A stretch of DNA of 64,000 nucleotides from Amoebidium appalachense (GCA_963693365.1 CAVNZM010000001.1:20344125-20408124); one strand, 5' to 3'. Shown: positions 40,271 through 54,992, counted from the stretch's first letter. Program-made: numbers and translations. The notes: generated by a model from the sequence alone, not told the origin.

Positions 40271-41713
40271 CTGCGCACGCACATACACACATACACATGC
40301 ACACATACACGCATACACTCATACGCACATACACAAACACACACACACACACACACACGCATGCACACATGCACACACACACACACACACACACACACCT
40401 TTTCCCACACACACTCTCTCTCTACGACTTGGTACTGTGCTAGAGGTACATATTTACCTTAATCCTATTCGTGAATCTACGGTTGCTCTGCAGCCCCTTC
40501 ATCCCCCCCCCCCCCCCCCCCCCCCCCACCCCCCCCCTCCTCCTCCTTCCCCTCCCTGCTTTGTCCGCCCCCCGTGGGAACACCAAAATGCGGCCATCAT
40601 TCCTATGTGTGGCCTTGGGTTCTTACAATCTAACCCATAGCCCCAACAAACTCAAATCCCCTAGCCAAGGTTAGCACACCACTTCCACCGGACCGGTCAT
40701 ATGTGCTTGGGCCAAACCGCATTCAAGAGGGGTGTGCTTGCGTGTTGTTTGAAATAACACATGCAACACCACATCCACATGACGTGTGTCAGGGCAGCAT
40801 GTTGTTGCTCTCAGGGGCCGCATTGCTCACGCACCCACCACACAGTACATGGCACCCGACAGCATCTACAACTTTGTGAAGATCGGTACCAGCAAGCTGC
40901 AGTCCCCAGGTCTCCCTTACAATGCCGTGGGTATTCCCCTCCATCACTTCTTTCTCTTCACGGCCCTACCTTTCAGTCATGTGCAACCCCCCCTTCTCCC
41001 CCCCCCCCCCCCCCTCCCCCCCCCTCCCCCCCCCCCCCCCCCCCCCCCCTGCCCGCCCCTCCAATACCCAACACACACGCCCGCGCCCGCGCGCACACAC
41101 GGGCGCGCGCGCGCGCACACACACACACACGGCTGGAGTCGAAGGATGGGTATGCTGATGTGCTTTGTATGTTGCATCCTTTCTGCAAGTTTGCTGTCAA
41201 GAGTCCATACGTGGTTTGCATCGTTTCACCATGCATGTGCTTTGTACTATGTGCTGTGTACCACATTTGTGCTTTGTATGGTTATCGTTCACACCGCATG
41301 GCCTACTTTGACTTGCCGCCCTCCGCTCACTCCATTCCGTCTCTCCCCGTGGTTGCCACTTTGCTCTTTCTTGTATCCCCCCTTCCCCCTCCTCTCTCAC
41401 ACAAACACACACACAGTTAATGAAGGTTGTCCCCCCCCCCCCCCCCCCTCCTCCCTCCCCCCCTTCCCCTCCTCTTGCCCTGTGGCTTGGCCTTCACACT
41501 GTCTTGGCTTGGGTTGGCAAGGGTGGTATCATACGGTGAGGAGATTGACTGTGTGTGGGTCATTTTGCACTTCCGGCCAATGCAAAGTTATGTTTGCTGT
41601 CAACTATGGGTGGGCGGTGTGTGGATGGGTAGTTATGTGGGCGTGTGGGCGTGGTTGTGTCTGTGTGTGGGTGTGTGTGTTTGTGGGTGGGTGTGTATGT
41701 GCGCACGCGCGTG

Positions 41714-41785
<72 letters not shown>

Positions 41786-42320
41786 TAACCACGTGTCTGT
41801 GGGCATTGGTGGGTGGCTGGGGGTGGGGTGGGGGGGAGGGGGGAGACGGATAGTACGAAACTCGAGAAGGGTACTCTTACTAGTGGAGGCTTCTAACCCA
41901 TGTGTTTAACCACTCTGTAATTGGTGCACTGATTGGTGCCTGTGCCTAACTGCTCTCTGATTGGTGCACTGATTGGTGCCTGTGCCTAACTGCTCTCTGA
42001 TTGGTGCACTGATTGGTGCCTGGGCCTAGCTGCTCTCTGATTGGTGCATGTGCCTAACTGCTCTCTGATTGGTCACCTGGGCCTAACTGCTCTCTGATTG
42101 ATGCCTGTGCCTGACTGCTCTCTGATTGGTGCAGGTGTTTGACTGCGGGTTCCTGCGGCAAGACAGCCAGGAGACGATACGGGCACGGATGTCTATGCGG
42201 GTGATGCTGGACATCTACGGGCTGACGGGGGTCATGCCCTGCATCATCATGCCCTTCACCCACCAGCAGGACCCAGCCACTAACATGGACGCCATCGTCA
42301 ATGGCGTCACCTTCATGTAG
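34998..42320 (+). CDS. ERT1/AcuK/Rds2-like PAS-domain protein (probable transcription regulator); first exon unresolved
   Basis: Phase-consistent GT-AG exons 34998-35878, 36113-36371, 37250-37343, 38733-38796, 39626-39694, 39956-40096, 40846-40926, 42135-42320. The C-terminus FNYTLSH...[12 protein letters not shown]...[30 protein letters not shown]...VMLDIYG parallels the fungal ERT1/AcuK PAS region. The N-terminus is K/R-rich and low complexity. Confidence 0.7.
38113..38732 (+). repeat. Intronic minisatellite, about 24-bp unit GGTTTAATGGGTGCTGACTGGGAG
   Basis: Many degenerate copies running up to the acceptor at 38732. Confidence 0.85.
41921..42134 (+). repeat. Intronic minisatellite, 40-bp unit TTGGTGCACTGATTGGTGCCTGTGCCTAACTGCTCTCTGA plus shortened variants
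   Basis: Tandem copies running up to the acceptor at 42134. Confidence 0.85.
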
Positions 42321-43468
42321 CTGCGTATATCCTTCGGTATATCCATGGGTATATCCGTTGTGACGGTCTTCGGCCTCGTTTTATGCCGTGCTGGGGTTTA
42401 TTTTTTTGCACAGCACTATGTCTAAGTACGCTAGCACCTTTTATAGATCTTGACTGAACTCACTGAGTTACTGCGAATGTGTCCCATTTTTGGGTTGAGA
42501 ACCAAGGATATATTATTGAAAAAGAGTGTGGAGATGTCATTATAGGAGCACATAAGGATGTTTTTGATAATCCATATGGATATATTGTGAGATATATGAG
42601 CTTGGAGATATTCGCAAGAAACGTTAGTGGACATGCTGTTGAGATAGGCAAGCATGGACAAATTCTGGTATCGGCATAGCGAGTTAGCCGATGTTTAGCA
42701 TTCGATTTTGATTGGGATTTTAGCTCGGATCCCGTATGTTGTCGCTCAGGCAAGTATAGTTAGGCTTGATCGAACCTGCGCCCAGTTTCGTTCGGCTAAT
42801 AGCCATCCCAAAGTGTTTGCAAGTAAATTTAGAATCGCGGAATGGCCAACAGGATAGCTTGGTTTGGACATTATGTAGGTGCCCATGTGTGCTTTATCCT
42901 GTTTCTTTCGTTTCATTTCATATATCGTAGGATCTAGTTAGTGCATAATGTAACGTTTTCTTCCGTGAAGGTATGCTTAGGTATGCGTGCAGTGTTGCGA
43001 ATAATCCTTCTGCTTACGAGTTAAATTGAATAAATTTCCAACCCACCCAGAGTGAAGTATTTCCCACAAATCCTCAGTGGCACGGGTACGTCCTACCAAC
43101 AAATCACCCAAATGGACTACAGTTAATTATCTCGTGTACGTGTGTGTTTGCATTGTGGGGGTACGCACGCATATTGCTGCCCCATATCTCCAGTGGGTCG
43201 TGTCCGTCTGGCCGTGGCTCCACCCCTCAACTCCACAATTAATCTCCCCTGAGTCCCCCCGATCGAGTCCTCCTTCTCCCCCCCCGGGCCCTCCCCCTTC
43301 CCCCCTCCTCCCCCCCGGGTCACACCCGGTACTGTACTGCTCTCCGGCCCACATACATCATGCATGGTCTGCAAATTCAACTGTACCTAGCGTCACGGCC
43401 TTGACAAGCATTTAAGAGGTACAATGTGATGGTCAGAGTGCACGGCTTGGGCTGTATGCCTCCCCCCC

Positions 43469-43499
<31 letters not shown>

Positions 43500-43699
43500 A
43501 CCCCCCCCCCCCCCCCCCCCACCCCGGTGACCGTACCCACCCACCCACCCACCCCACCTCTTCCCCTCCCCCTTCCCCTCCTCCCCCTTCCCACCCACTT
43601 CAACCTGTCGAGGTGCCAAATTTACTAACCCCCCTCAGGCTGTTCCTCTCTTGTTTCAGGCCTCACGTCTTCTTTGGCACACGGGGGGGGGGGGGGGGA

Positions 43700-43854
43700 G
43701 GGGGAGGGGGGAGGATGGGACCCCAGGAAGAGGGGCCCTCTGGGGGGGGGGGGGGGGGGGGAGGGGGGGGAGAAGGGGGCTCGGAGGAAGAGGGGGCCCT
43801 ACAGGGGGAGAGGGGGGAGGGGGGGGGAGGAAGAATTTGAGAAAGATGGGGCTT

Positions 43855-43898
<44 letters not shown>

Positions 43899-44070
43899 GG
43901 GGGGAGAAGGGGACTCGGAGGAAGAGGGGGCCCTAAAGGGGGAGAGGGGGGGGGGGGGGGGGGGGGAGAATTTGAGAAAGATGGGGCTTTTGGGGCGGGG
44001 GGGGGGGAGGAGGGGGGGTAGGGGGGGGGGGGGAGGGGGGGGGGGGAAGGGGACTCCGAGGAAGAACAAG
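43700..44070 (+). repeat. Degenerate G-rich tandem repeat
   Basis: Recurring CTCGGAGGAAGAGGGGGCCCT and AGAATTTGAGAAAGATGGGGCTTTTGGGG separated by G tracts. Confidence 0.7.
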
Positions 44071-44229
44071 AGGGGGCCCTCCGCGGCCGGGAGGCCCGGG
44101 CGAGGGGGGGGTTGTCAATACGTGAGTATAAAGTTACAACTCAAATTAGAGTTAATCATTAACGGTTATGCCCGGTGAATGTTGCGGTGTGGGTGCATAC
44201 ACCGTGCATGCTAGTATTTTATAGCGACC

Positions 44230-45240
44230 TTGCGGCCATGCTGCATGTGTGCTGGGTCACTTGAGTTTATAACAAGCTTATCTAACTTCCATCCTGTCCG
44301 GGTACTTCCGCTATTGGCCTGCGCCCCACCTCGCGAGGCGGCAGTGGCGCTGAACGAGTTCGACGATTTTCAGGGTACTGCGCTACGCACTTTGTTTCGT
44401 ACTCGGTTTGTGCCTCCCTTAATCAGTATGTTTGGATTGTCGTCTGCTGTTTGTCGTATGGAGGAATTGTCTCTTCGTTTTTGTTTTCATTTAGTTAGGC
44501 TACCTGATGGTCACCCTCTTTATGCTTTCTTTCCCCCCCTCCCTCCATCCCTCTTCCCCCCCGATTCACCAACACTACTTCTGAATGTCCTCAGCCTACC
44601 CTCTTTCCACCTGATTCTTCCTCTCGCTATCTCACTCCCTCTTTCTTTTCTCTTCCTGTTTTTTCTGCCTTTTCGCGTTATTACCATACGCAGTATAAGT
44701 TTCTTTCTCGTTCTGATAGAGAAATCAAAGGTAAAACTCAGTCGGCATTTGTTATGTTCCTTAGGCAACACCGTACTGATCATTATCGCTTTTTGGGAGC
44801 TTTGGCAGGATACATTTCTCCTGCTGTACGTATGGATACCACCCTAGTAGATAAGTCTGTATGGTGCTCTGATGTTGATATTGCCTGGGAAGTTGTGCAG
44901 TGGCGCTGTAATTCTTGTTTTCATCGCCGCTGGTGCCACTTTTGTGCTGACCTTTTTAATCGCAAGCATGTTGATAGGTGTGAATTTTTATGTCGCGTTT
45001 TACCTCTTTCCCTCCGGGTATCTGCTACACTAGCTGGCAATGTGAACACTTTAGACTTTTTGTTGAATTCTGTTGGTCGTCACATTGAGTATTTATATGA
45101 TTTTCACACAGTGTTCAGGTATCTCAGTATGCACTTGTTACTGGATAACTCGTGAAGTTTTTAATGTCTTCTCAGTATGCCGTGCATACTTGCATATCTT
45201 TCCGTCGAATAAATCCAGTCAAAAGAAAAGAAAAAAAAAC
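44230..45240 (+). mobile_element. Degenerate 3' fragment of a non-LTR retrotransposon (LINE-like)
   Basis: Broken ORFs with QWRCN...WCHFCADLFNRKHVDRC (CCHC-type) and LDFLLN, resembling C-termini of fungal/protist LINE ORF2; A-rich tail at 45220-45239; no RT core visible. Confidence 0.45.
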
Positions 45241-45962
45241 CGTGACACACACAACCAGCTGATACCGAGTGTCCTAGGGGAGCCCCTTTAAAAAAAAAAA
45301 AACAAAAAAAAAACAAAAAAAAAAAAAACGGTGAACCCCTACTAATTGATTTCTCTTTGTAGTCTTTATGGTGTCTCGTAGAGAAAGTAAACCCTGATAT
45401 ATAGTCATCACCCGACATCTATGTACGTGATCATGATATACCGCTGAGGGGATATTCCGAGCAAAAATCCCCCCCATACCTGAGACTGGTTTCTCTTTGC
45501 CTCGAGTAAACAACGTAAACCCCTATCATGCTTCCCAACTCCCAAGGCCTCCTCTTCTGACTAAGCCTGCTCCGAGAATAGTTCTCCCAGTGATACATCA
45601 ATCCAGCATGTATGACTATACCTAGATTCGCAGTTTTTAACGTTGTACATACTTTCTGAAGTGTCACATAGCATGAGCTCTGTAATGGCCGGCCCGGCGC
45701 CAAATGACCTGTAACCGTATGTGTGCTTGTGCATGCTTGCACGTATCGAACGTTCAAGCCAAAAGAGTTGAGTGCTCAGGTGCAAGTACTACGACGTACG
45801 CGTGCAGAACAGACAAATATTTTGATACCAGAATGATAGAAAAATAACATAAACGCGTGTAGTTGGAAAAACATTGCGTGCCCTAACCCGTGCACGTGCG
45901 ACTTTATGTGCGGGCGTGCACGCCCGTGTGTGTGCACGCGCTCTACGGTTTCCCCGGTTGAG

Positions 45963-46011
<49 letters not shown>

Positions 46012-46165
46012 ATGTGTGCATGTTTTTGAGTGTGCGTGTGCGTGTGTATACATATTTGCGTGTGCGGGTGAATTCGCCTGTTTGTACGGAGAGTGCATGT
46101 GTCTATGCCTGTGTGCACGCGTGCGCGTGTGGTTTTTAAGGTCTAAATGTGTGTGTGAGAGTGGT

Positions 46166-46200
<35 letters not shown>

Positions 46201-46499
46201 TGTGTATGTGTGGTGATGGTGGTGGCAGTACAGAGGGGAAGGAAGGGACATGCAACGGTACAAGCTGAAAGACGAAAGCGCACGAGCCTTTTTGAACCTA
46301 AATCATTTGCTTTATTGCATTTCTATGCACCCAGAGGCTATTAGTATATTTAACAGTATACATCGTAGTTACTAACGTTTTTTATACCTCACAAAGTAAA
46401 AACCACACACAAACCCCTGTATTCGTGTTACAAATTTAAAGGGATAAGGTGTGGATCGGCTATCGATAGCAGAAGGCCAAATAGGAAAGGGAACATGGA

Positions 46500-46531
<32 letters not shown>

Positions 46532-46691
46532 CACGGTGTGTATGTGTGTGTGTGTGCGCGCGCACGCACGCGCGTGTGCCTGTCGTGCCACCGCCCACAA
46601 TACACTTCAAGCTCATGATCACCCTCCTGGGGTGCCCATCTCTGCAATGAATACATGCATGCACAGCCAAAACATAAATCCACGAACTCAC

Positions 46692-47358
46692 CTAATCACT
46701 TTTGGGTGCATCAGCAGCCCCCCCCTGTGGCGTAACCGCATACTTCTCCTCCTCCTTATAGTAGTCATCAAATCCGACAATCGTTTTAACTTCGTCAAAC
46801 GTCAAAATCGGATTGGCTGCCGGATCCATCATCATATTTGGATCCCCACCCGCTTTAATGGCCTGCAGTGATTGATTGATTGCACGGCAGCACGCGGAGA
46901 GGAGGGTAAGGGGGTATGCAGCGACGGTGTAGCCCATGTCCCCCAGCTCCTTTTGGGACAGGAGGGGGGTCAGGCCGTGCTCGATCATGTTGGCTAGCTT
47001 GGGCCCTGCAGCACGTACAAAGTGAGCATGGATGATGGGCCTACACTCATTGGTCACGTGCACTTGCGTGCATGCACGTGCACATAACAAACACATCACA
47101 TACGACTGCTTGTATGCAACATGTCAGAGACTCAAGAACATGCGCTTTTCTAGACCCCCCCTCCCCCCCCCCCCCCCCCCTTGCCTACCCCCCCAACCAC
47201 ACACACACACAAACGCGCGCGCGCGCGCGCGGGGCAACACACACACACGCACAAAAACCCCACACAGATCAAGGCGCAGTGACTATCATCCCCCACCTTC
47301 CCCCCTCCCCTCCCCCCCCCCCCCCTCCCCCACACGCACACAACCAATAACATTGTTA

Positions 47359-47444
<86 letters not shown>

Positions 47445-47702
47445 AGAAAGAAAACGAGAAGAGAAGAAAAGAAAAGAAAAGAAAAAAGAAAGCCGAAACC
47501 ACGACCCGGCTCCTAAACCCTCATCATTGACAACATGCATCGAAATTACAGTACCCATAAGCGATCACGGAGAGCACAAAAAAGAAGCTGCAGAAAGTGA
47601 TGTGAGGTGTGCTTCTTTCTTTTGACCCTCCTGAAACTTCATCCTATATTCATTAATTTTCATGCCATACTATTGTTGTTATTATTATTGTTCCATGAGT
47701 TA

Positions 47703-47763
<61 letters not shown>

Positions 47764-48416
47764 TGGTGGTGTGGGGGGGGGGGGGGACCTGGGACCCTGC
47801 GGCAGTACTCAGCCATCTCCTCCTTGGTGCGTGGTGCCTCCTGTGCACGTGGCAGCTTACGTAAGGCCATGGCATGCACAACGAAGGTTATGGGGATAAG
47901 TGAAAGCACATAGGAAGCATGGTAGGTAAGAGTGGTGTTGTTGTGCAACAGTGTGGGGTGGTGGGTGCATACTGGTGAGCTAATATTAGGTGGAAGGGTG
48001 TGTGAAGGAAAAACCGATAGTTTGTTTGTCGACATGTGTCTGTGTCTCTGAGTGTGTGTGTGTATGAATGTGCATGCGCCCATGTGTGTACCTGTGGTCC
48101 TCGTGCATGTGAGTGTGTATTGGTTTGCGCTCGTGAGCCCTAGGTAGAAGTAGGCCCGTGGGTGTTTGTCCTTGGCACGAGGGGTGCATGCACTCATGTG
48201 CACGTGGATGGTGCTGTGTGTGTGTGCACGTACGGACACCTGCTATAGATGGGGGAACGGAGCAAGAAACACGATGTACAGATAGGAGAGGAGGGGTGAG
48301 AGGGGAGCCACCGACGATAAAGGCATTGCGATCACCACGAACTGACATGGTCGCCCTGAAAACCCTACAAAAACCTGAAGAACATGGGCAATGGACACCC
48401 ATTGGGGGGGGGGCCT

Positions 48417-48453
<37 letters not shown>

Positions 48454-48747
48454 AGGGGGGTGAAGAGGGGGGAAGGGGGGGCTTGCAAACACACACCAGG
48501 AAGGTCATGTCAGCACCGATCTCTCTGAACTGCAGGCATCGCTCTATGGCCTCGTCCAGGCCGTGGGTACCTCTTGCATCGGTACGGGCCAGGATCACAA
48601 TGTCGTGTGGGCCCTCGTCACGTGCATCACAGGCTGCACGCACACGGGCAAAGGCCTCCTCACGCCCAACAACTGCTTTGCCTTTGGTGTGCCCACACCG
48701 CTTGGGGAACACCTGTCTTCCCCGGGCGTGTGCATGTGTGCATGTGT

Positions 48748-48778
<31 letters not shown>

Positions 48779-49459
48779 GGGGGGAGGGGGGGGGGGGGGG
48801 GGGGGGGGGGAGTGTCGATTAGGGAAAGATTGTGCGGTATGAAAATGGGGTGGGCAAGAGTATAAGGGGCCTCACCTGGTGGTTTTGCATGCAGATTGCA
48901 ATAGGCGGGCACAATGTCATATAAAGATAATGGTAAAACATATCTCGGGAGTTCACACGCCGAATAATATGGGGAAAAAAAAAGACAAGCCCTGGTTCGG
49001 GTTGGCATGACACGGGCGGAGAAGGTTGTGATTATGGCACGTGGTTAAAGGCGGCAAAGGTAGGGCCAGGGCTAAAGTAGATTGGTGTGCGTGGGTATCT
49101 TTTCTCTTGGGGATTTTTTTTCTTTCTTTCTTTTCTTTTTTTTTTTTTTGCAGGGGGAGAGGGGGGGGGGGGGGGGGGGGGGGGGGATAAGGAAATGAAA
49201 ACAAGAAAGTAAGACGTTTTTAGATAGTTTTCGTGTGTTGGTGTATGGGTTGTCTGCGATGGATGATGACGGGAGACCATGGGGCCAATACTGGGATAGG
49301 TGGATGCAATATGTAATGATCTGGAAACACCCCTCATGTGTAATGAAAGATGGCGTATGAGCCATTCTAAAGGGGGTGTGTTTGTGTGTGTGTGTGTGTG
49401 TGTGCATGCCTTGTGACGGTGTGGATACATGCGCGCCTGTGTATGTGTGTGTGTCAAGG

Positions 49460-49497
<38 letters not shown>

Positions 49498-49557
49498 GGG
49501 TGTACGTGTATGTGCATGTGTATGTACTTGTGCGGGTGAGCTTTTTTTTTTTTTTTT

Positions 49558-49602
<45 letters not shown>

Positions 49603-49942
49603 TCAACAGGGCACCTGATCCTCGATCATGATGGCAGCAAAGCCAGCCCGTGCATATGCCTGTGGGGATGAAGGTGCATGGGTGGGCTATCTGCATATAC
49701 GTGCAGGGCCCCTCTCCCCTCCTACGTGTCGTTCTCTCATCCCCCCCCCCCCCTCCCTCCCGCCCCCCCACCTTCCCCCTCTCCCTCCATCCCTTTCCCT
49801 TCCGCCTGCCCATCCTCCGAGCCCCTCCTGCCATAACAATCACCATTCCCCTTGCTTCCCCCCCCCCCCCCCCCCCCCTTCTCCCCCTTCTCCCCCGCGC
49901 CCCCCCCCCCCCCCCAATCCCCCCACCCACCCACCCCTCCTC

Positions 49943-50008
<66 letters not shown>

Positions 50009-52100
50009 TTCCCCTCCTCTCTCTCTCCTCCTGTGGGGGTGGAAACTGCATGGGTGGGTGAATCTATCTGCACAGCCACACAGATTCATGCAAAGACCAA
50101 CAGCACAGTGCAGCCACGCAACATGTGATACTGGTACTTAGAATACACCGCAGGCCAGCTGGTTGGTCTACAGCCCTTTTGCTTTTGTTCTCCTTTTCCT
50201 CCCAGCCTAACAGTCTTCCCTTCCTACTCGCCTGCTCACACACACTTCACCTGTCAAAACGGAATGATCCCCAAGACAATATCAGAAACACAACAAACCC
50301 ACATAATGGGCCACATCCACAGTGCTCTTCCAAAGGCCCACATACCATCGACTTTTTGTTTCACCAACCCAACACACGCTGGCATCCACCCCCCCTCCCC
50401 TTATGCCTCCACACTGAACACATGAAGCCAAAACAAAATCTCAAACACACAAACCCACCTTGACCGCCCGCTTCACGTTGATTGCATTTCCAAACCCCGT
50501 GTCGCCATCACCAATCACGGGTATGCTGACACGTGAGCATATGTTGAACCCTGTGTCGACCATCTCACGGAACGATGCCTGGCCCGTGTCTGGGAGGCCA
50601 AGAAGGGAGGCAGAGACAGAAAACCCGCTCATAAAGGTGAGCTGTGAGAAAGGTGTGAGTACACGTGTCGGGTTGCACATACCATTCGAATAAGATAGGC
50701 TTGTTTTACTCCTCCCGGGCTACTGCATTATGGAGGATACCGCCGTACACCAAAACAACGTGTAAACATAATATACTAAAAACTAAAAAAGGATGTATCT
50801 TTTGAGGTCCATCCTAGAAGAAAGACGTGTTTTTGAACCAAAGTGTATTCGACGTTGATTCACAAAGCCATCCCTTTCCCACCCAATACGATTTAACCCA
50901 CATAACTTTCTTTCCCTCAGTTGCCGCCGCCTCCCCCCCCCCCCCCCCCCCCGTACCTCGTCCATTACCGCTTTCCCCCACGGGACAGTGTTCACTTCAC
51001 TTGTTACCATCGCCATCCCTCTACTCCCCCCCCCCCCCCCCCCCATTCCCCCCTCCTTCTTCCCCCGGGGGGCCACCCAATCTCGTCCCCAAACTCCAAA
51101 CCCATTTCAAGCCTGCGCCATATAAAACCAAAGGCAGCAGATTCTCCCCCCCCTCCCCCCCCCCCCTTTTTCTCCCCTCCCACTGTGGCAGTCAGAAGCA
51201 CACAGCCAGTCCCTCCCACCATGCTCTCCTTGCCCTCTCTCACTTAAAAACGACTATAAATCCAAAAGGATCACGAAGGTCGGGGGAGAGGGCAAGGCCT
51301 CCTATATACTAACATAAGAGACCTTGGGAGAGAGCCAGGGGGGGGGGGGGGGAGTAGAGGGGGAGGGAGGGGTGGTGGTGGTGGTGGTGGTGGTGGGGGG
51401 GGGGGGGAAGAATAGAGGGGTGGGCAGGATAGAGGGGTGGGGGAGGATATAAACAGATGATCAACAACGTATGTGTATATGTGCGTGTGTGTTTGCAAAG
51501 AAGTGGCGGTGGGTGGGTGGGTGGGGTGGGCCGGGGAGAGGGGGGGGGGAGGGGGGGGGGGGGGGGGGAGGGGGGGGGGGGAGGGGGATAAGAGTCATCA
51601 TAGGAACACAGTGTGGGGTACAAAAGCACACAAAGATATGCACTGATCTACATTCGCGCAATATATCAGTCGGCATGAAGCCCCGGGTGTGCAAAGCGGG
51701 GGGAGACGGAGGGGAGGAGGACAGCTCTATGGGGGTGGGGGGTAGGGGTGGTGGGAGTAATAAGAGTCATCATAGGAACACAGTGTGGGGTACAAAAGCA
51801 CACAAAGATATGCACTGATCTACATTCGCGCAATATATCAGTCGGCATGAAGCCCCGGGTGTGCAAAGCGGGGGGAGACGGAGGGGAGGAGGACAGCTCT
51901 ATGGGGGTGGGGGGGTAGGGGTGGTGGGAGTGGGGAGGGGGTGGTAGCAGGGAATAGAATGTGAGGCTGTGTACGCTCCAAGGTTGGATAGGCCAGGGAT
52001 AAAAAGGGAAGCAGGGGCAAGAAAACAGGGTATTTTTTTTTCTTATGAGGGGTAGACTGGGGGGGGGGGGGGGGGGGGAGGGGGGAGTTGTGTGTATGTA

Positions 52101-52136
<36 letters not shown>

Positions 52137-52394
52137 TGTGTGTGTGTTTGTGTGAGTGTGTGTGTGTTAGTGTATGTGTTTGCATGTGTATGTGTGTACG
52201 CGTGGGTGTGCATGTGTGTGTGTGGGTGCTTGTGTTTGTTTGTGTGTTTTCGCGCGTGCATGTGCTGTGTGTGTGTGTGGGAGGGGGGGGGGTGCTTGTG
52301 TTAAGTTTGCGTGTGTGCGCGCGCACGTGTGCTGTGTGTGTGTGTGCGTGCGTGTGTGTGTGTGTGTGTCTGTGTGTGTGTGTGTGTTTGTGTG

Positions 52395-52445
<51 letters not shown>

Positions 52446-52691
52446 ATGATGGTAGTGATCGTGGTGTGTGTGTGGGTGCGAGGGGAAGGGGGGGAGAAAG
52501 GGAAGGGGGAGGGCAAAAACATAAAGATGTTTTTACAGAATGACGGGGGATTTATATGTGCTTACCGGAAAGCCAGCGGCCTCTATGAGGTGGGCAGACA
52601 GGCCGTCGTAGCAGCAGGGCATGGCCAGCGCAGGCCCTCCCTCCTGCCGCCTCAGGAGCTCCCGCAAACGTGCTGCTGGTAACGCCGCCAT
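46692..52691 (-). CDS. Isocitrate lyase/PEP mutase family enzyme (2,3-dimethylmalate lyase / methylisocitrate lyase-like)
   Basis: GT-AG exons 52691-52566, 50641-50459, 49659-49615, 48712-48497, 47840-47789 and 47005-46692 join in phase. Motifs [59 protein letters not shown]. Confidence 0.93.
51588..51931 (+). repeat. Intronic tandem duplication, 2 x about 172 bp
   Basis: ATAAGAGTCATCATAGG...GGTGGTGGGAGT starts at 51588 and again at 51760. Confidence 0.9.
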
Positions 52692-53739
52692 GGTTGCCCT
52701 CAAGAGGCCAGCAAATGGGTGGGGTGCTGGTTGGGGAGAAAAACTCTGCAGCGCCCAGGTGGAATACGTGCAGCTCAGACTCTCAGGTCCAATTTCACGA
52801 AGACACAGGTGCGAGTTGGGACGAACTTAGTGACGCCCCGACCTCAGTTCCCTGCCCCGCGCATGCCATGACTCCACGCTCCGCAACTCATCATCCGACA
52901 GGGCGGCGTGCATCAGTGCAGCAGGAATAGCCAATCAGACGAGTTTTAAACATGTTATATATGGCTAAAAAACATTTTGGCGCGAAAATGGGTGATATTA
53001 CGGAGCGCGGCAAAAAAACTATCTCCAAAAACCATAAAGGCAAAAGGAACTTAGGAACACCAAGCAAGGCCAGTCCGTGTAGTTCTATCATTTACTCTTA
53101 TCGTTTACTTATTTTATGCTCTGGCGAACATAATGTTTATTGCCGCTTGGTTTTTGCATTCTCAGTCAGTAAAAATTTAGCACACCTGTCGCTTATTCGG
53201 TGTTATACAGCGAACTAACGAACTACTCAGCCTGCACGGACACAGCAAGGAACATTGCATTTCCACTCCTACACAAGACATATCACCTTCGCAAAGCTCA
53301 GTGTCAACAATAGTGCTATGAGTTTGAAGCTTCGTTTCTGACTACATCAACCTCTACTTAGCGTAGTAACGAATTCTCGTGCTTTAGTCATTGATGATCA
53401 CGTCTTCGCTTCCCAAGGGATGACATGAGCGAGAGAGCTGGACCACTGTCTCGTGCTTTCAACGACTTAAGCCCTCGCCCAAGCATTTGACTCGAGATAT
53501 ATTTATATCTTTGGAAAAGAGAGTGCTCACCTTTTTCCGCAAAGCCGCGTAGCGAAATCTCCGTGTACACCTTCTAATTCCTGTGCATAAAGGCTTTAGG
53601 CAGCTCACGCGACATCTTCAAGTCCACACTCGTGGACTCGTCTGCTGCCTTGAATATATCCCTCACTTTTTTTCCCCTGATACCACAAACTCCACTTAGC
53701 TGTGAGCCACGTTGAGTGGCTCGACTCTACACGCCGGAG

Positions 53740-54153
53740 ATGCAGTCAGATCTCCTTCACTGTAATAAGATGGACTGCAGGAAAGACCTGTCAGACTATG
53801 CTTGGGTGAGCTACCCCCCTTCCCCCCCCCCAAACCCACCCACCCACACACCCACCCACTCACCTCTCCTTTTTTCCGCTAGCCCTGTTAATCCATCCCT
53901 TATCCCTGCCTTCCCCATCCCCAACCCCCCAACCCCCCTCCCCCCCAAACACACACACACATACACACACACACACACACACTTGGCGAGCCCGTATCCA
54001 GGAAGAGCCTTTAGACCAAACCACACCCTCGAAAAAGGGTATAACTAACGGTAAAAAGCGGCCATTTTATGCACCTTCATAGGTCGTGAAGTCTCCTTAG
54101 AGATCCACTAAATATGTCCCTGCACAACTGCATTGGGCTTCGGCTTACAAATT

Positions 54154-54191
<38 letters not shown>

Positions 54192-54992
54192 ACACGGTAA
54201 AGCAAAGAAAGAGAAAAGGAGAAAACTGGGACGACAGGGCAGCAATTTAGCTGCCTAGTTGTATATTCGATGCCACGAATATACCTCTTATATTATTTTT
54301 TTGTCTTTTGCCATCTTATTTACGTCTAGTTTTTATGGCCATACTGCTGTGTTTTTAAGGGGTAGCCTCATGGTTTCGTTATCCTTCTTTCTGTGTGAAC
54401 TGAGTGCCCTAATCGGATTCCGTCAAACAGGTCACCTCCTGTTCACATATCTTTTGTGAAAACTGTGCTGCAAGCCACCTGACGCACGGACGCTCCTGCC
54501 CTCTATGTAAGTGGCGATGTTGCCTCAAAGTTTTGTCTGACAGCTACTGCCCGCATAAATGCCAATGCAACCCCTGTGTCTCCCCCCTCCCCCCCACCCC
54601 CCCACCTCCACCCCCACTCCCACCCTCCTCCCCCCCCCCCCCCCCCCCCCCCCCCATCCCCCCCCCAAAAAAGCTCCACCCTAACCCCCCCACCCCCCCC
54701 CCCCCCCCTCCCTCTCTACGGGCCTTTCGTTTCCTTCACTCATTCCTCACTATGCTTGTACTAGAGGGACTGCACACACAAAAACACATCATGCAGCACA
54801 AATTTTGGTGTTTGTATACCATGAGATGCAAAAAATTCATTTATTTTCCCATTTTACTGCACCGTTCTGCCCAACACACGTAAAATTTGGCATCATGTGT
54901 GTAGTATAAAGCCAAGTATTGGGATCGATTGAACTTGCGAAATGTGCAAGTAAGATTTTTTAGGGAAAATGTGCCAGCGCACCACCTCCCCA

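Noticed and set aside
38113-42134. Regularly spaced repeats as a CRISPR-like array
   Set aside because: The units are tandem without unique spacers, lie in eukaryotic introns, and there are no cas genes.
34998-52691. ERT1/AcuK-like regulator next to an ICL/PEP-mutase enzyme as a metabolic gene cluster
   Set aside because: Only two convergent genes, the enzyme is not a canonical isocitrate lyase, and there is no synteny evidence.
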